Origin: Planctomycetota bacterium
GTDB lineage: Bacteria > Planctomycetota > UBA11346
Length of the DNA: 58,672 nt
Assembly: GCA_031425255.1 (NCBI GenBank)
Contig: JANPIY010000289.1
Coordinates: 1 to 58,672, forward strand
Direction of reading: 5' to 3'
Part shown: in pieces, positions 9,907 through 18,872 of the stretch
Layout of the letters: each line of letters opens with the position of its first letter
How positions within the stretch are numbered: position 1 is the first letter of the stretch
The notes under the pieces: generated by a model
What the model saw: only the letters and a program-made list of their open reading frames with translations
Told to the model about the DNA's origin: nothing
Database searches by the model: none
Made by a program: the position numbers and the translations under genes

Positions 9907-11019
9907 TCAGTGCGGCAGGTAGACGCTGGTGTACGCGTTCATCTCCGAGAGCTGATCGTTGGCCAGCTCGCGGGTCTCCTCGCGGATGCCCGAGGATTCC
10001 GCCCAGGCGCAGATGGTGCCGTGCGCCTGGATCACCGCGTGCCAGGCACCGGGTTCGATGATGTACCAGGTCTGCGGCAACATCGGCAGGGCGACCAGGT
10101 GGCTGGGGTCCTCGGCGGTACCGGCGAGGCAGAGGATGGCCTGGCCCTGGAGCACGGTGCCGGCCTGACGGCCACCGATGTTGCGGGTGCAGGTGCGGGT
10201 GGTGCCCGGCATCCGCTCGGGGGTCGGATTGGTCAGACCGAGTTGCCAACCCGCGCCGCTATGCGCCGGATCGCCGACCGCGACGCGCACATAACCAGGT
10301 TGGCGGCTGCGTCCGACGATGAGCTGGTCGGCCACCAGCTGCTCGAGCAGGAACGGCTGGCGCTGGACGGCATAAGCGGTGATGCGCGCGATGACGTCGT
10401 TCATCGACAGTCCGTCGCTGTAGAGATGCACCGCATCGTCGGTGAGGGTCAAGGCTCCCACCGCGCGTGACGAATCGCGCTGGTCGCGTTCGCGGATCTG
10501 CGTCACCACCTCGTTCAGACTCGGCTGCGGAATGTTGGCCGGCCACTCCGAGAGGCGTCGGCGCGCGCGTTCCTCCGGACTGGCATCCAGGAAGATCTTC
10601 AGCTGGGCATCCGGGCAGATCACGGTGGTGGCGTCGCGACCTTCGACTACCGCGTCGCGACCGGCCACCAGGGCCTTCTGCAGTTGCACCAGATGTGCGC
10701 GGCAGGTGGGGTTGTCGGCCACCCGCCAGATCTGCGCCGTGGTATCGGGCGAGCGGATGCGCTCACGCGGCACCACCACGCCATCGAGCTGCACGTGTCC
10801 GTCGTGATCGAAACCGATGTCGCGCGCACAGACCCAGGCGGCGACCGCTTGCGGATCATCGACATCGATGCCGGCATCGTACAGTCCGACGGTGGCGGCG
10901 CGGTACATCGCACCGGTGTCGAGGAAGAGCAGCTTGAGCCGGCTGGCGAGCAGGCGCGTGACCGTGCTCTTGCCCGCACCAGCGGGACCGTCGATGGCGA
11001 TGACCATGGGCCGGGCCAT
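9907..11019 (-). CDS. cmk: Cytidylate kinase fused to a ~145-aa C-terminal beta-rich (cupin-like?) domain
   Basis: MARPMVIAIDGPAGAGKSTVTRLLA...LDTGAMYRA...GRDATTV...ERARRR is a complete Cmk. It is followed in frame, with no stop, by ...GYVRVAVGDPAHSGAGWQL...WYIIEPGAWHAVIQAHG.... The start is chosen at the ATG at 11019 because of typical P-loop spacing; other in-frame ATGs lie at 11049 and 11121. Confidence 0.85.
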   Translation of the reverse strand: MARPMVIAIDGPAGAGKSTVTRLLASRLKLLFLDTGAMYRAATVGLYDAGIDVDDPQAVAAWVCARDIGFDHDGHVQLDGVVVPRERIRSPDTTAQIWRVADNPTCRAHLVQLQKALVAGRDAVVEGRDATTVICPDAQLKIFLDASPEERARRRLSEWPANIPQPSLNEVVTQIRERDQRDSSRAVGALTLTDDAVHLYSDGLSMNDVIARITAYAVQRQPFLLEQLVADQLIVGRSRQPGYVRVAVGDPAHSGAGWQLGLTNPTPERMPGTTRTCTRNIGGRQAGTVLQGQAILCLAGTAEDPSHLVALPMLPQTWYIIEPGAWHAVIQAHGTICAWAESSGIREETRELANDQLSEMNAYTSVYLPH

Positions 11020-11142
11020 GGCCGGACCACCTGGGCGGGGAGACGTCATGGCGGCGTGTTGTCGGACTGCCGCCGGGTGGAGCAATGGCCTGGGATCCGG
11101 GAGCGCTCCGTCAGTCGGCACGAGCGATTCCGGCGAACTCTT

Positions 11143-11754
11143 CTAACCGGTGCGGACAGCGGCCATGAACGCCCGCATCTGCATCACATCCTTGTGGCCC
11201 GGCGCCGATTCGATGCCGCTGGCGACATCGACGCCATACGGCCGCGTCGCCGCCACCGCCGACGCCACATTGGCCGGATTCAGTCCACCGGCGAGGATGA
11301 TCGGACGATCGAGGACCACGCCGGTGAGCAGATGGTGATCCCAGGCCGCGCCGCTCCCGCCGGCTACGCCGGGCACGGCCGCATCCAGCAGATAGGCATC
11401 CGCGGGATATCCGCGCACCGCAGCGAGCGCAGCGGCATCCTTGATGGCGAACGCCTTGATGACCGGAAAACGCGTGCGCAGGCGTGCGGCCAGCTCCGGC
11501 GGTTCGTCGCCGTGCAACTGCACGGCGCTGCAGCGCGTCACGCGCATGGCATCGAGGATGGTGAGATCGTCGGCATCGACGAACAACGCCACCGCGGTGA
11601 TGAATGGAGGAATCAGGCGCGCGAGCTCCGCTGCGCGTTCGAGGGTCAGCTTGCGCGGACCACGGGCCAGATTGAGCCCGATAGCGTCGACCCCGAGAGC
11701 GACCGCGATGCGCACGTCCTCATCACGGGTGAGTCCGCAGAATTTGATTTTCAT
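11143..11754 (-). CDS. trpF: Phosphoribosylanthranilate isomerase
   Basis: 203 aa, MKIKFCGLTRDEDVRIAVALGVDAIGLNL...QLHGDEP...LAGGLNPANV. These are typical TrpF TIM-barrel motifs. Confidence 0.9.
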   Translation of the reverse strand: MKIKFCGLTRDEDVRIAVALGVDAIGLNLARGPRKLTLERAAELARLIPPFITAVALFVDADDLTILDAMRVTRCSAVQLHGDEPPELAARLRTRFPVIKAFAIKDAAALAAVRGYPADAYLLDAAVPGVAGGSGAAWDHHLLTGVVLDRPIILAGGLNPANVASAVAATRPYGVDVASGIESAPGHKDVMQMRAFMAAVRTG

Positions 11755-11762
11755 GGGCGAAC

Positions 11763-11917
11763 GTCCGATGTCCGATGTCCGATGTCCGATGTCGCAGACA
11801 TCCGGGGACCTCGCTGCGACGGCATCTCTTTATGTTCCAACCGTGCGGCCATGTCTACGCGACGGTCCCCAGTGCCAGCTGCCGACATCGGACATCGGAC
11901 ATCGGACATCGGACATC
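11763..11917. repeat. Inverted arrays of a tandem heptamer: (GTCCGAT)x4+GTC at 11763-11793 and (GACATCG)x4+GACATC at 11884-11917, with inner helices
   Basis: Read directly from the sequence. The two arms are exact reverse complements over 31 nt. Inner complementary segments GGGGACC (11804-11810) and GGTCCCC (11864-11870) are also present. The element fills the spacer between the metallophosphoesterase stop and the trpF start. Confidence 0.9.
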
Positions 11918-11920
11918 AAT

Positions 11921-12652
11921 TCATTTTCCCTGATACAGTCGCGCTGCCAGGATCTCCGGCAGACCGACTTCGCGGATCTTGTTCGCGGCGGCGTCGATGT
12001 CGTATTCCAGACGGCGGATCTGCACGATGCGGGCCTCGCTGTCGTAGAGGGCGAAGCTCGCCTTGTTGTTCTCGTCGCGCGGTTGGCCGACGCTGCCGGC
12101 GTTGACCATGATCGAGATCTCCTCATCGACCGGGATCTCGCTGTCGAGCGTGTAGGTGATCGGATCGGTGTCGAAGAAGCCCACCGGGACGTGGCTGTGG
12201 CCGAGGAAGCCGAGCTTGGCGCCCATACGCTTCAAGGATTCGAAGCTCTGCTGGGCGTCGAACACGGTCTGGATGTAGTTGAAGGCTTCCGGCTGGTGGA
12301 AGGTGCCGTGCGCCACCGCGCAGTCCGGGTAGGTCAACGTCAGGGGCAGATTGATGATCCACTGCTTCTGCTCGTCGGTGAGCTGTTCACGCGTCCAGAT
12401 CGCCGCGGCCTTGGCATAGGCATTGAAACAATCGATCGAGACCTTGCCGACCGCCGCCCAGTCGTGATTGCCGGCGATGACGTCGCAGCCCAGGGCGCGG
12501 ATCGATTCCAGGCATTTGGATGGCTCGGCTCCGTAACCGACGATGTCGCCGAGGCAGACGATCTTGTCGACCTTCTCCGCACGGATGGACGTGAGCACCA
12601 CATCGAGCGCTTCGGTGTTGCCGTGGATGTCACCGAGGAAAGCGTAACGCAC
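11921..12652 (-). CDS. Metallophosphoesterase family protein (calcineurin-like, YfcE/MJ0936 type)
   Basis: 243 aa with a GTG start. Motifs are LGDIHGN, CLGDIVGYG, GNHD, GHSH and GSVGQPRD, which together are the dimetal phosphoesterase signature. Confidence 0.9.
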   Translation of the reverse strand: MRYAFLGDIHGNTEALDVVLTSIRAEKVDKIVCLGDIVGYGAEPSKCLESIRALGCDVIAGNHDWAAVGKVSIDCFNAYAKAAAIWTREQLTDEQKQWIINLPLTLTYPDCAVAHGTFHQPEAFNYIQTVFDAQQSFESLKRMGAKLGFLGHSHVPVGFFDTDPITYTLDSEIPVDEEISIMVNAGSVGQPRDENNKASFALYDSEARIVQIRRLEYDIDAAANKIREVGLPEILAARLYQGK

Positions 12653-12682
12653 GAGGTGTCGCCTTGGATGGATGCGGGACGA

Positions 12683-13489
12683 TCAAGCGATGTCCTGGCG
12701 CTTGAACAACGCCAAGCCAATGGCCAGGCAGCCTGCACAGTACATTGCAGAGTAAAGCATGGTCAGACCGAGGTACCCTAGGGACAGGGGGTGTCCCGGC
12801 AATTGGATGCTGTCATCCACCTGGAAGAGGGCGAGGGCGGGCAGCACCACCAGACCCATCATTCCCATGCCTGCGGCCACGTGGCTGGCGACGAAGGCCG
12901 CGAAACAGGTGAGGATGTTGGCGACCAGAGGCAGGCGCAGCGCCAGCACGGTGGCCAGGCAGGCCATCACCGCCCCGTGGGCCAGCCCCAAGATATGGGC
13001 CAGGATGACCTCGCGCCAAGGCACCCAGAGGTCCTCATGACCGACAAAATCGCGACGGGCGGGGTCGTCCTCGAAGCCGGTGAACTGGGCATAGCCCAGG
13101 ACGGCGAGGTGCAGGCCGGCGATCACCAGCGTGGTCCCGACGATGGTGAGCCAGATGCCGAGCGCCTTGCCGACCAGGAAGCTGCCACGCGACAGCGGTT
13201 TCGCGAAGAGGGTCAAAGCGGTGCGGCTGGCAAGCTCGTCGTGCACGCTCTGCGAGGCGCCGATCACGGCGAGGAACAAGGCGTTGAGCATGGCCACCGC
13301 CACGCCGGCGGTGCAGACCATGCGCAGGCGGTCCTGGGTCTCGAAATTGAACATTCCGAAGAGGTAGCTCAGCACTAGCAGCGCCAGTGAGAGTGCCGTC
13401 GCCAGCCAGGTCACGGGCTGACGGATGGATTCGGCAACCGTCAGACGCGTGAGTGCGAACAGGGCCATGACGGCATGAGAGGGATCCAC
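12683..13489 (-). CDS. ABC-2-type transporter permease-like membrane protein (no ATPase partner nearby)
   Basis: 268 aa with about 6 TM helices. The N-terminal pattern (LTRLTVAESIRQPVTW...SVHDELASRTALTLFAKPLSRGSFLVGK) is typical of ABC-2/NosY-like permeases. The start is at 13489 or at the ATG at 13468. Confidence 0.7.
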   Translation of the reverse strand: MDPSHAVMALFALTRLTVAESIRQPVTWLATALSLALLVLSYLFGMFNFETQDRLRMVCTAGVAVAMLNALFLAVIGASQSVHDELASRTALTLFAKPLSRGSFLVGKALGIWLTIVGTTLVIAGLHLAVLGYAQFTGFEDDPARRDFVGHEDLWVPWREVILAHILGLAHGAVMACLATVLALRLPLVANILTCFAAFVASHVAAGMGMMGLVVLPALALFQVDDSIQLPGHPLSLGYLGLTMLYSAMYCAGCLAIGLALFKRQDIA

Positions 13490-13538
13490 GCCGCCGGCTC
13501 AAGGGGGCGGCCAACCGGCAGCGACCTCAGAGGACCCT

Positions 13539-16500
13539 TCACGGCATCAGACAGCGCAGCAATCCGGCGAGCGAACGTCCGGCGAAGGCTGCCGCCCAGG
13601 CCTTGCGCCGTTGGCGGGCGTGTGCCAAGGGCGTCACCGCCTCCGCGCGCAGGCGCCGCGCTTCCGCCGCTTGCCCGCGCTGGGCTACCGACGCCGCCAC
13701 CAGCAGCAGCAGTTCGCCGGCCAGATCGTGGCGCCCGGCACGTGCGAGCGCGCCGGCCAGGCGGCGGGTCAGGCGCGGGAAGGGCGGCAATCCCTGCAGA
13801 TCGGCCACCATCGCCGGTTGCGCCGGATCGGGGACGGCCCAGGCATCTGGCCAGGCCGCGCTGAGGATCCGCGCCACGGGTGGTCGGCTGGCCGGGGCCG
13901 CCAATCGCCCGAGGCGGGTCAGGCAGGCGGCCTCGCCATGCACCTCCAGCGCCAGCAGGGCCGCCACCAGCACGCTATCGAGCGATGGGTGCAGCGGCGC
14001 CAGCACGCGATCGAGCAGTTCCAACGCTTCACCACTGCGACCGCGCACGGAAAGGCATTCGGCATACAACGTGGCGACCTCCTGGTCGTTCTCCGCCTCG
14101 CGCCAGAAGGCTTCGCTGAGGACCAGGGCCCGTTCATAGTCGCGCTGGAAAGCCAGCAGGCGGATGCGCTGCAGCCGGGCGGTGCGGTGAGCGGGTTCGC
14201 TCTGCTCCACCAGATCGAGTTGACGGGAAGCCAGGCCATGGTCATCGACCAGCATGGCGAGCTGGACCAGCAGGAGGCGATTGGCCACCGAGAGCTGCCC
14301 GTCGGCAGCCAATAGGACGGCGATGCCCGCCCGGCCACCACCGTTGCTGGTGGCGTCGATGGCGAGATCCTTCAACAGTCGCTGGGTCTCTGCCGCCGCC
14401 GCATGGCGTTCCAGCAGGAGGGGCAGCAGTTCGCGCGCGGCGACCTGCGCTTCCGACCCGCGCTCACGGCGAACCAGGAAGCTGCAGCGTTCAGCCTGAT
14501 GCGGCAGCCAGCCAGGATGATCGGCGACGATGCGCGTCCACATCGCCTCGGCATCCGCATGGCGCTCGGCCCGCTCGTAGAGCACCGCCAGCTGACGATG
14601 CAGCACCGCCTCGCTGCTGACCGTCTCCGCGGCCGGACCGGTGCCGACGATGAGCCGATCGAGCTTTTCCAGGTGCGAGATGGCGAGCGCCAGATCGCCG
14701 CGCTGTTCGGCGAGGACCGCGCCTAGGATCAACCCGGGGAAGGCTTCGCCGTCCTGGCGCAGCGCCTGGTCGAGCGCCTGTTGCGACTCACCGGGATGGC
14801 CCAGAGCGAGTTCCAGCTCGGCGAGCGCCAGCCACGCCCGGCCTTGATCGGCGGGGGAGACGTTCTGCAGGTGGCGATGGCCGGCACGCCGGGCGAAGAC
14901 CGATTGCCGGGCGGTCGCGAAGATCTGCGCCAGTTCTCGCCACGGCACGCCGGTACGCTCGAACAACGCCGGGAGCGGCGCGACGATGGCGGCGATCTCC
15001 TGCGCGTGGGTGAGGGGATCCAATCCCACACACTGCAGGCGGGCGCGACGCACCAGCAGGCGCGGCTCGTCCTTGTAGGCCCCCTCCAACGCTTGCGTGC
15101 ACCAGCGGATCGCCTGGTCGCGCTGGCCACGGCGTTCGGCCAGGGTCGCGGCCAGTTCATAGGCGGCGAGCACCGGCTGCGGCATCGCCAGCAACGTGGT
15201 GACGATGCCATCCGCCTGCTGGTCGTCGCCATTGGCGATCAGCAGGTGGGCATGCAGGGCCTGATAATCAGCGCTGCGGTCGAGTTCAGACGCGCGCCGC
15301 GCTGACTTCAGCGCACCACTGAGATCACCGTCCTCGGCCGCGATCTCCGCCTTGATCGCCCACAGTTGCGGCGCATCGCTGGCGATGGCCAGGGCCTTGG
15401 TAGTGATCTCGTTCGCCTCCGATCGCTTGCCCTGCTTGCGCAGCGCCTCGGCCAGCAACGCCATCAGCGATGGCGCATCGGGCAGGGCGACCAGGGCTTG
15501 GCGGGCGACCTGCTCGGCCTGGTCGAGCCTCCCGAGCGCGAACGCATGGTCGATGCGCTCACGCCAGGCCCACAGGTAGTCCTTCTGTTCTTCGACCGCA
15601 CGTTCGAGGTAGGGGATGGCGGCTTCGCGCCGGCCCTGGCAGCGCAACAGGAAGGCCTTGAGGCCGTCGTTGATGGCCTCGCCGGGTTCCAGATCGCAGG
15701 CTTTTTCGTAGGCGACCTCGGCATCGTCGTGCCGGCCGGCCAGGGCCTTGAGCTCGGCCTGTTCGCGCCAGGCCCAGGTGTAGGCGGGATCGATCTCCAC
15801 CGCTTTTTCCAGATTGGCGAGCGCCTCGCGCGGCTTGCCTTCGTGACGCAGGAGGTCCGCGAAGTAACCATAGGTCACCGCATCATAGGGATTGATCCCG
15901 CGGGCGTGCTCGAGGTGGGTGTAAGCCTCTTCCAGCCGGCCGAGCAGGCGGCAGACGTCAGCCTGCTCGTGCAGTACCCAGGTCGCACTGGGGGCTGCCG
16001 CCGCCGCGCGCTGGAAGTGCATGCGCGCCTCATCGAGTCGGCCAGCACGCCGGGCGAAATTGCCGAACTGGGCGTGCGCCCACGGGTAGTTGGGGTCGTC
16101 TTCGAGGGCGCTGGTGAGCAGGCCGGTCGCGCGTTCCTGGTCGAGCTCCGCCACCACCTGCGCCAGCTCGACCTTGGCCCACGCCGCCTTGGGCTCGGCC
16201 AGCAGGATCTGTTCGTAGAGCTTGGTCGCCTCGGCGAAGTTGCCGTCCTCGCATTCGAGCTGGGCGAGGTGGCCACGCGTCCAATGGTCGTCGCCATTGG
16301 CTTCGAGCGATTCGCGGTAGCGCCGACGCGCCTGCGCCACATTGCCCAGCGCACGTTCGCATTCAGCCAGTTCGGACAGCGTCCAATGGTTGCCAGGCTC
16401 CAGCGCGAGCGCCTCGACCAGCCGTTCGCGCGCCAGGTCGAATTCGCCGCTCTGGCGCAGGCAGGCGCCCATGCGGGCTACCACGCTGGCCTTGAGATCC

Positions 16501-16946
16501 TTGTGCTCATCGCGATCGAGCGCGCCGTCGCGCAGCAGCCGCTGCAGTTCGCCACGGGCTTCGTGGTAACGGCCCTGGTTGAAATAGAGGTCGGCGAGCT
16601 GGTCCTCCGGTCCTTCCTCAAGGACGTGCAGGGCGAGCACTTCCTGGCTCAGCGCCGCGCTGCGCAGGTCCTCGCGGCGGACGAAGAACAGGTGACGGAA
16701 ACGGTGCAGAGGCGCCGAACGACGGTGGCCATCGACGGCCTCCTCCAGGGCCTGTTCGGCCTCGACCACCTTGCCGGCGCATTCGAGGGCGCTGACGTAC
16801 CCCAGGCTGGTCCACAGATCGGTGGGCGATTGCCGACGCAGATCCTGATAACGTGAGACCGCATCCTGATAACGCCTTTGGCGCATCAATTCCTCCGCCT
16901 CCTGCGTGAGGCGGTCTTCCGGCTGTTCGGGATCAAACGGCGGCAT
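13539..16946 (-). CDS. Large tetratricopeptide-repeat (TPR) protein
   Basis: 1135 aa with dozens of 34-residue A/L/Y/W-patterned repeats (e.g. ...AWAKVELAQV..., ...PNYPWAHAQFGNFARRAGRLDEA...). There is no catalytic motif. Confidence 0.9.
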   Translation of the reverse strand: MPPFDPEQPEDRLTQEAEELMRQRRYQDAVSRYQDLRRQSPTDLWTSLGYVSALECAGKVVEAEQALEEAVDGHRRSAPLHRFRHLFFVRREDLRSAALSQEVLALHVLEEGPEDQLADLYFNQGRYHEARGELQRLLRDGALDRDEHKDLKASVVARMGACLRQSGEFDLARERLVEALALEPGNHWTLSELAECERALGNVAQARRRYRESLEANGDDHWTRGHLAQLECEDGNFAEATKLYEQILLAEPKAAWAKVELAQVVAELDQERATGLLTSALEDDPNYPWAHAQFGNFARRAGRLDEARMHFQRAAAAAPSATWVLHEQADVCRLLGRLEEAYTHLEHARGINPYDAVTYGYFADLLRHEGKPREALANLEKAVEIDPAYTWAWREQAELKALAGRHDDAEVAYEKACDLEPGEAINDGLKAFLLRCQGRREAAIPYLERAVEEQKDYLWAWRERIDHAFALGRLDQAEQVARQALVALPDAPSLMALLAEALRKQGKRSEANEITTKALAIASDAPQLWAIKAEIAAEDGDLSGALKSARRASELDRSADYQALHAHLLIANGDDQQADGIVTTLLAMPQPVLAAYELAATLAERRGQRDQAIRWCTQALEGAYKDEPRLLVRRARLQCVGLDPLTHAQEIAAIVAPLPALFERTGVPWRELAQIFATARQSVFARRAGHRHLQNVSPADQGRAWLALAELELALGHPGESQQALDQALRQDGEAFPGLILGAVLAEQRGDLALAISHLEKLDRLIVGTGPAAETVSSEAVLHRQLAVLYERAERHADAEAMWTRIVADHPGWLPHQAERCSFLVRRERGSEAQVAARELLPLLLERHAAAAETQRLLKDLAIDATSNGGGRAGIAVLLAADGQLSVANRLLLVQLAMLVDDHGLASRQLDLVEQSEPAHRTARLQRIRLLAFQRDYERALVLSEAFWREAENDQEVATLYAECLSVRGRSGEALELLDRVLAPLHPSLDSVLVAALLALEVHGEAACLTRLGRLAAPASRPPVARILSAAWPDAWAVPDPAQPAMVADLQGLPPFPRLTRRLAGALARAGRHDLAGELLLLVAASVAQRGQAAEARRLRAEAVTPLAHARQRRKAWAAAFAGRSLAGLLRCLMP

Positions 16947-17095
16947 GGCTGTTGGTGAACCCTAAGCCCCTGTGAAGGCTGTCTACCAGCGGCCTGTCCA
17001 GCCCGGACATTCCACAGGTGGCCCTGTGATGTCGCGTTGCAGCTCGGCCTGCGTGGTCACTGTCATCGGCGATCACCGACGGGCGACCGGGGCCG

Positions 17096-17971
17096 TCAGG
17101 CCCCGCGCTGAGGCAGCTCACGACCGAGTTCCTTGAGCACCTGCTGGAGATCTTCCCAGCAGGGTTTTTTTCCTTCCGCATTCCGCAGCAGGTAGCTCGG
17201 GTGGAAGGTCGGGATCATGGTGATGCCGGCGAACTGTAGACGTTGCCCGCGCATGCGCGTGATGCCCAGGCTGTCATCGCCCATGAGCGCGCGCAGCGGC
17301 GTGTTGCCGAGGGCGCAGATGACCTTGGGTTTGAGCACGGCGATCTGGCGACGCAGGTAGCCCATGCAGGCGGTGACCTCGGCGGGCGCTGGCGTGCGAT
17401 TGCCGGGGGGGCGGCATTTGACGATGTTGGCGATGAAGACCTGGTCGCGCTTCAAGCCCATCGCCTCGATCATCTTCGTCAGCAATTGACCGGCAGCGCC
17501 GACGAAGGGGCGGCCGCTGGCGTCCTCGTCGGCACCTGGGCCTTCGCCGACGAAGAGGAGTTCCGCTCGGGCATCGCCCTCTCCGGGCACAGTCGTACGC
17601 CGGGTTTCGCACAGGCCGCAGGCACGACAGCCGGCGATCTGCGCGGCGATCAGGTCGAGGGTGTCCGGCTGTTCGCCGCCGGTGGTCGCCAGCGGCGGAT
17701 TGAGGGCAGGAGTCGAGGCGGGGATGGCCGTGGCGGGACGGGAGATCGGCGGTGAAACGACCGCCGCCGTCGCTGGACGCACCGGCGACGGTGTCGCCCG
17801 CGGAGGCGTCGCTGGCAGGGCGTGCGGTGTGGGCGCTGTTGCACTCCTCATCATGAATTCGATGCCCGCCGCCCGGTCGAGTTCGACCAGCTGCTTCAGG
17901 TTCCGCACCAGCTCATCGCGCTCATCCATGACGGCAGCCATATGGTCCCTGCGGCGTTCTGCACTCGGCAT
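17096..17971 (-). CDS. Uracil-DNA glycosylase, family 4, with Pro/Ala-rich N-terminal extension
   Basis: Motifs are CRACGLC, GEGPGADEDASGRPFVGAAGQLL, IVKCRPPGNRTP and HPSYLLRN. The exact start is uncertain because several in-frame ATGs are present. Confidence 0.9.
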   Translation of the reverse strand: MPSAERRRDHMAAVMDERDELVRNLKQLVELDRAAGIEFMMRSATAPTPHALPATPPRATPSPVRPATAAVVSPPISRPATAIPASTPALNPPLATTGGEQPDTLDLIAAQIAGCRACGLCETRRTTVPGEGDARAELLFVGEGPGADEDASGRPFVGAAGQLLTKMIEAMGLKRDQVFIANIVKCRPPGNRTPAPAEVTACMGYLRRQIAVLKPKVICALGNTPLRALMGDDSLGITRMRGQRLQFAGITMIPTFHPSYLLRNAEGKKPCWEDLQQVLKELGRELPQRGA

Positions 17972-18004
17972 TCCCTTGGCCCGCTCGCTGCACCTGCGTC
18001 CCGC

Positions 18005-18868
18005 TCATCCGCCCTGGACCTCCAGGCGACGCTGCGCCCAGCGCCAGATCACGATGTTGCCACCGCGCAGGATGATGAACCACACCAGGCCCAGAGCGAG
18101 AACGTGGAGGAAGGACGGATGATTGGCGACCCCCAACTGGCCGACATAGGCCATGGTCGGGAAATAGGACAGCAGTGCGAACGGCAGCACGCTGACGATC
18201 GTACCGAGCGTCTCGCCAAGGAAGTGCAGCGGCACCATCAACCCGGAGAGCAGCATGATGAGGTTGCGCTTCAGGCTCAGCAGGCCGGTGATGTCCTCCA
18301 ACCAGAAGCTGGCGCTGCCGGCCATCAGGTTGAGTTCGGCATTGATGATGAAGGCGACCAGGAACAGCAGCGGGAACTGCCACCAGCCAGCGCCGCTGGG
18401 CGGTAGCACGCCGAACAGCGGCACCAGCACCAGGCTCATGGGCGCGGCGAAGAACAGCAGGCGGAAGGCGGTCTCGCCGGCCGCCTGAGCCAGCCACTGG
18501 CCATGGAAGCTCAATGGTTTGAGCAGGTCGAGGGTGACGTCACCGCTCTGGAAGCGGGCGGCGATCTCGCTGTCGGTATTGGTGAAGTAAGCCGATCGCG
18601 CGATGTAGGCCACGGCCAGGTAGGTCGCCAATTGCGGCAAGGTCAGGCCGTCGAGCGGCTGGTCGGGCGTCAGCCCCTTGGCCGCGAACACCGCCTGCCA
18701 GATGGCGTACTGGCCACCGACGAAGATGGCATACGTGGCGATACCGGTCACGTAGCGCATGCGATAGGCCATGAGCTTGAGGAAGGTCAGTCGCACCAGC
18801 CAGAGGTAGGGCACCACGCGGCGCCACCAGGGAGCGGCGAGCGACGACCGGGGACTGGGCACGTCCAC
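18005..18868 (-). CDS. ABC-2 family transporter permease-like protein (no ATPase partner nearby)
   Basis: 287 aa with 6 predicted TM helices. The N-terminus (LWLVRLTFLKLMAYRMRYVTGIATYAIF) resembles the ABC-2 membrane_6-type family. It lies 4 nt downstream of the lipoprotein gene. Confidence 0.7.
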   Translation of the reverse strand: MDVPSPRSSLAAPWWRRVVPYLWLVRLTFLKLMAYRMRYVTGIATYAIFVGGQYAIWQAVFAAKGLTPDQPLDGLTLPQLATYLAVAYIARSAYFTNTDSEIAARFQSGDVTLDLLKPLSFHGQWLAQAAGETAFRLLFFAAPMSLVLVPLFGVLPPSGAGWWQFPLLFLVAFIINAELNLMAGSASFWLEDITGLLSLKRNLIMLLSGLMVPLHFLGETLGTIVSVLPFALLSYFPTMAYVGQLGVANHPSFLHVLALGLVWFIILRGGNIVIWRWAQRRLEVQGG

Positions 18869-18872
18869 CGGT

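Noticed and set aside
10040-10062. A T-loop-like GGGTTCGATGA that could hint at a tRNA.
   Set aside because: It lies inside the cmk C-terminal domain coding sequence. No acceptor, D or anticodon stems can be drawn around it.
11755-11920. Possible CRISPR array or minisatellite-encoded peptide at the heptamer arrays; the same applies to 57679..57796.
   Set aside because: The repeat unit is only 7 nt with no unique spacers and no cas genes. The two blocks are in inverted, not direct, orientation. I report them as structured repeats instead.
10684-12781. ORFs 10684..12105 (+, 473 aa) and 11441..12781 (+, 446 aa), containing the peptide MSDVRCPMSDV.
   Set aside because: They run antisense through cmk, trpF and the metallophosphoesterase gene and straight across the heptamer arrays. 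The repeated peptide is simply the translated 7-nt repeat.
15366-16856. 496-aa plus-strand ORF.
   Set aside because: It is antisense to the 1135-aa TPR protein. It has no domain signature and is a GC-driven open frame.
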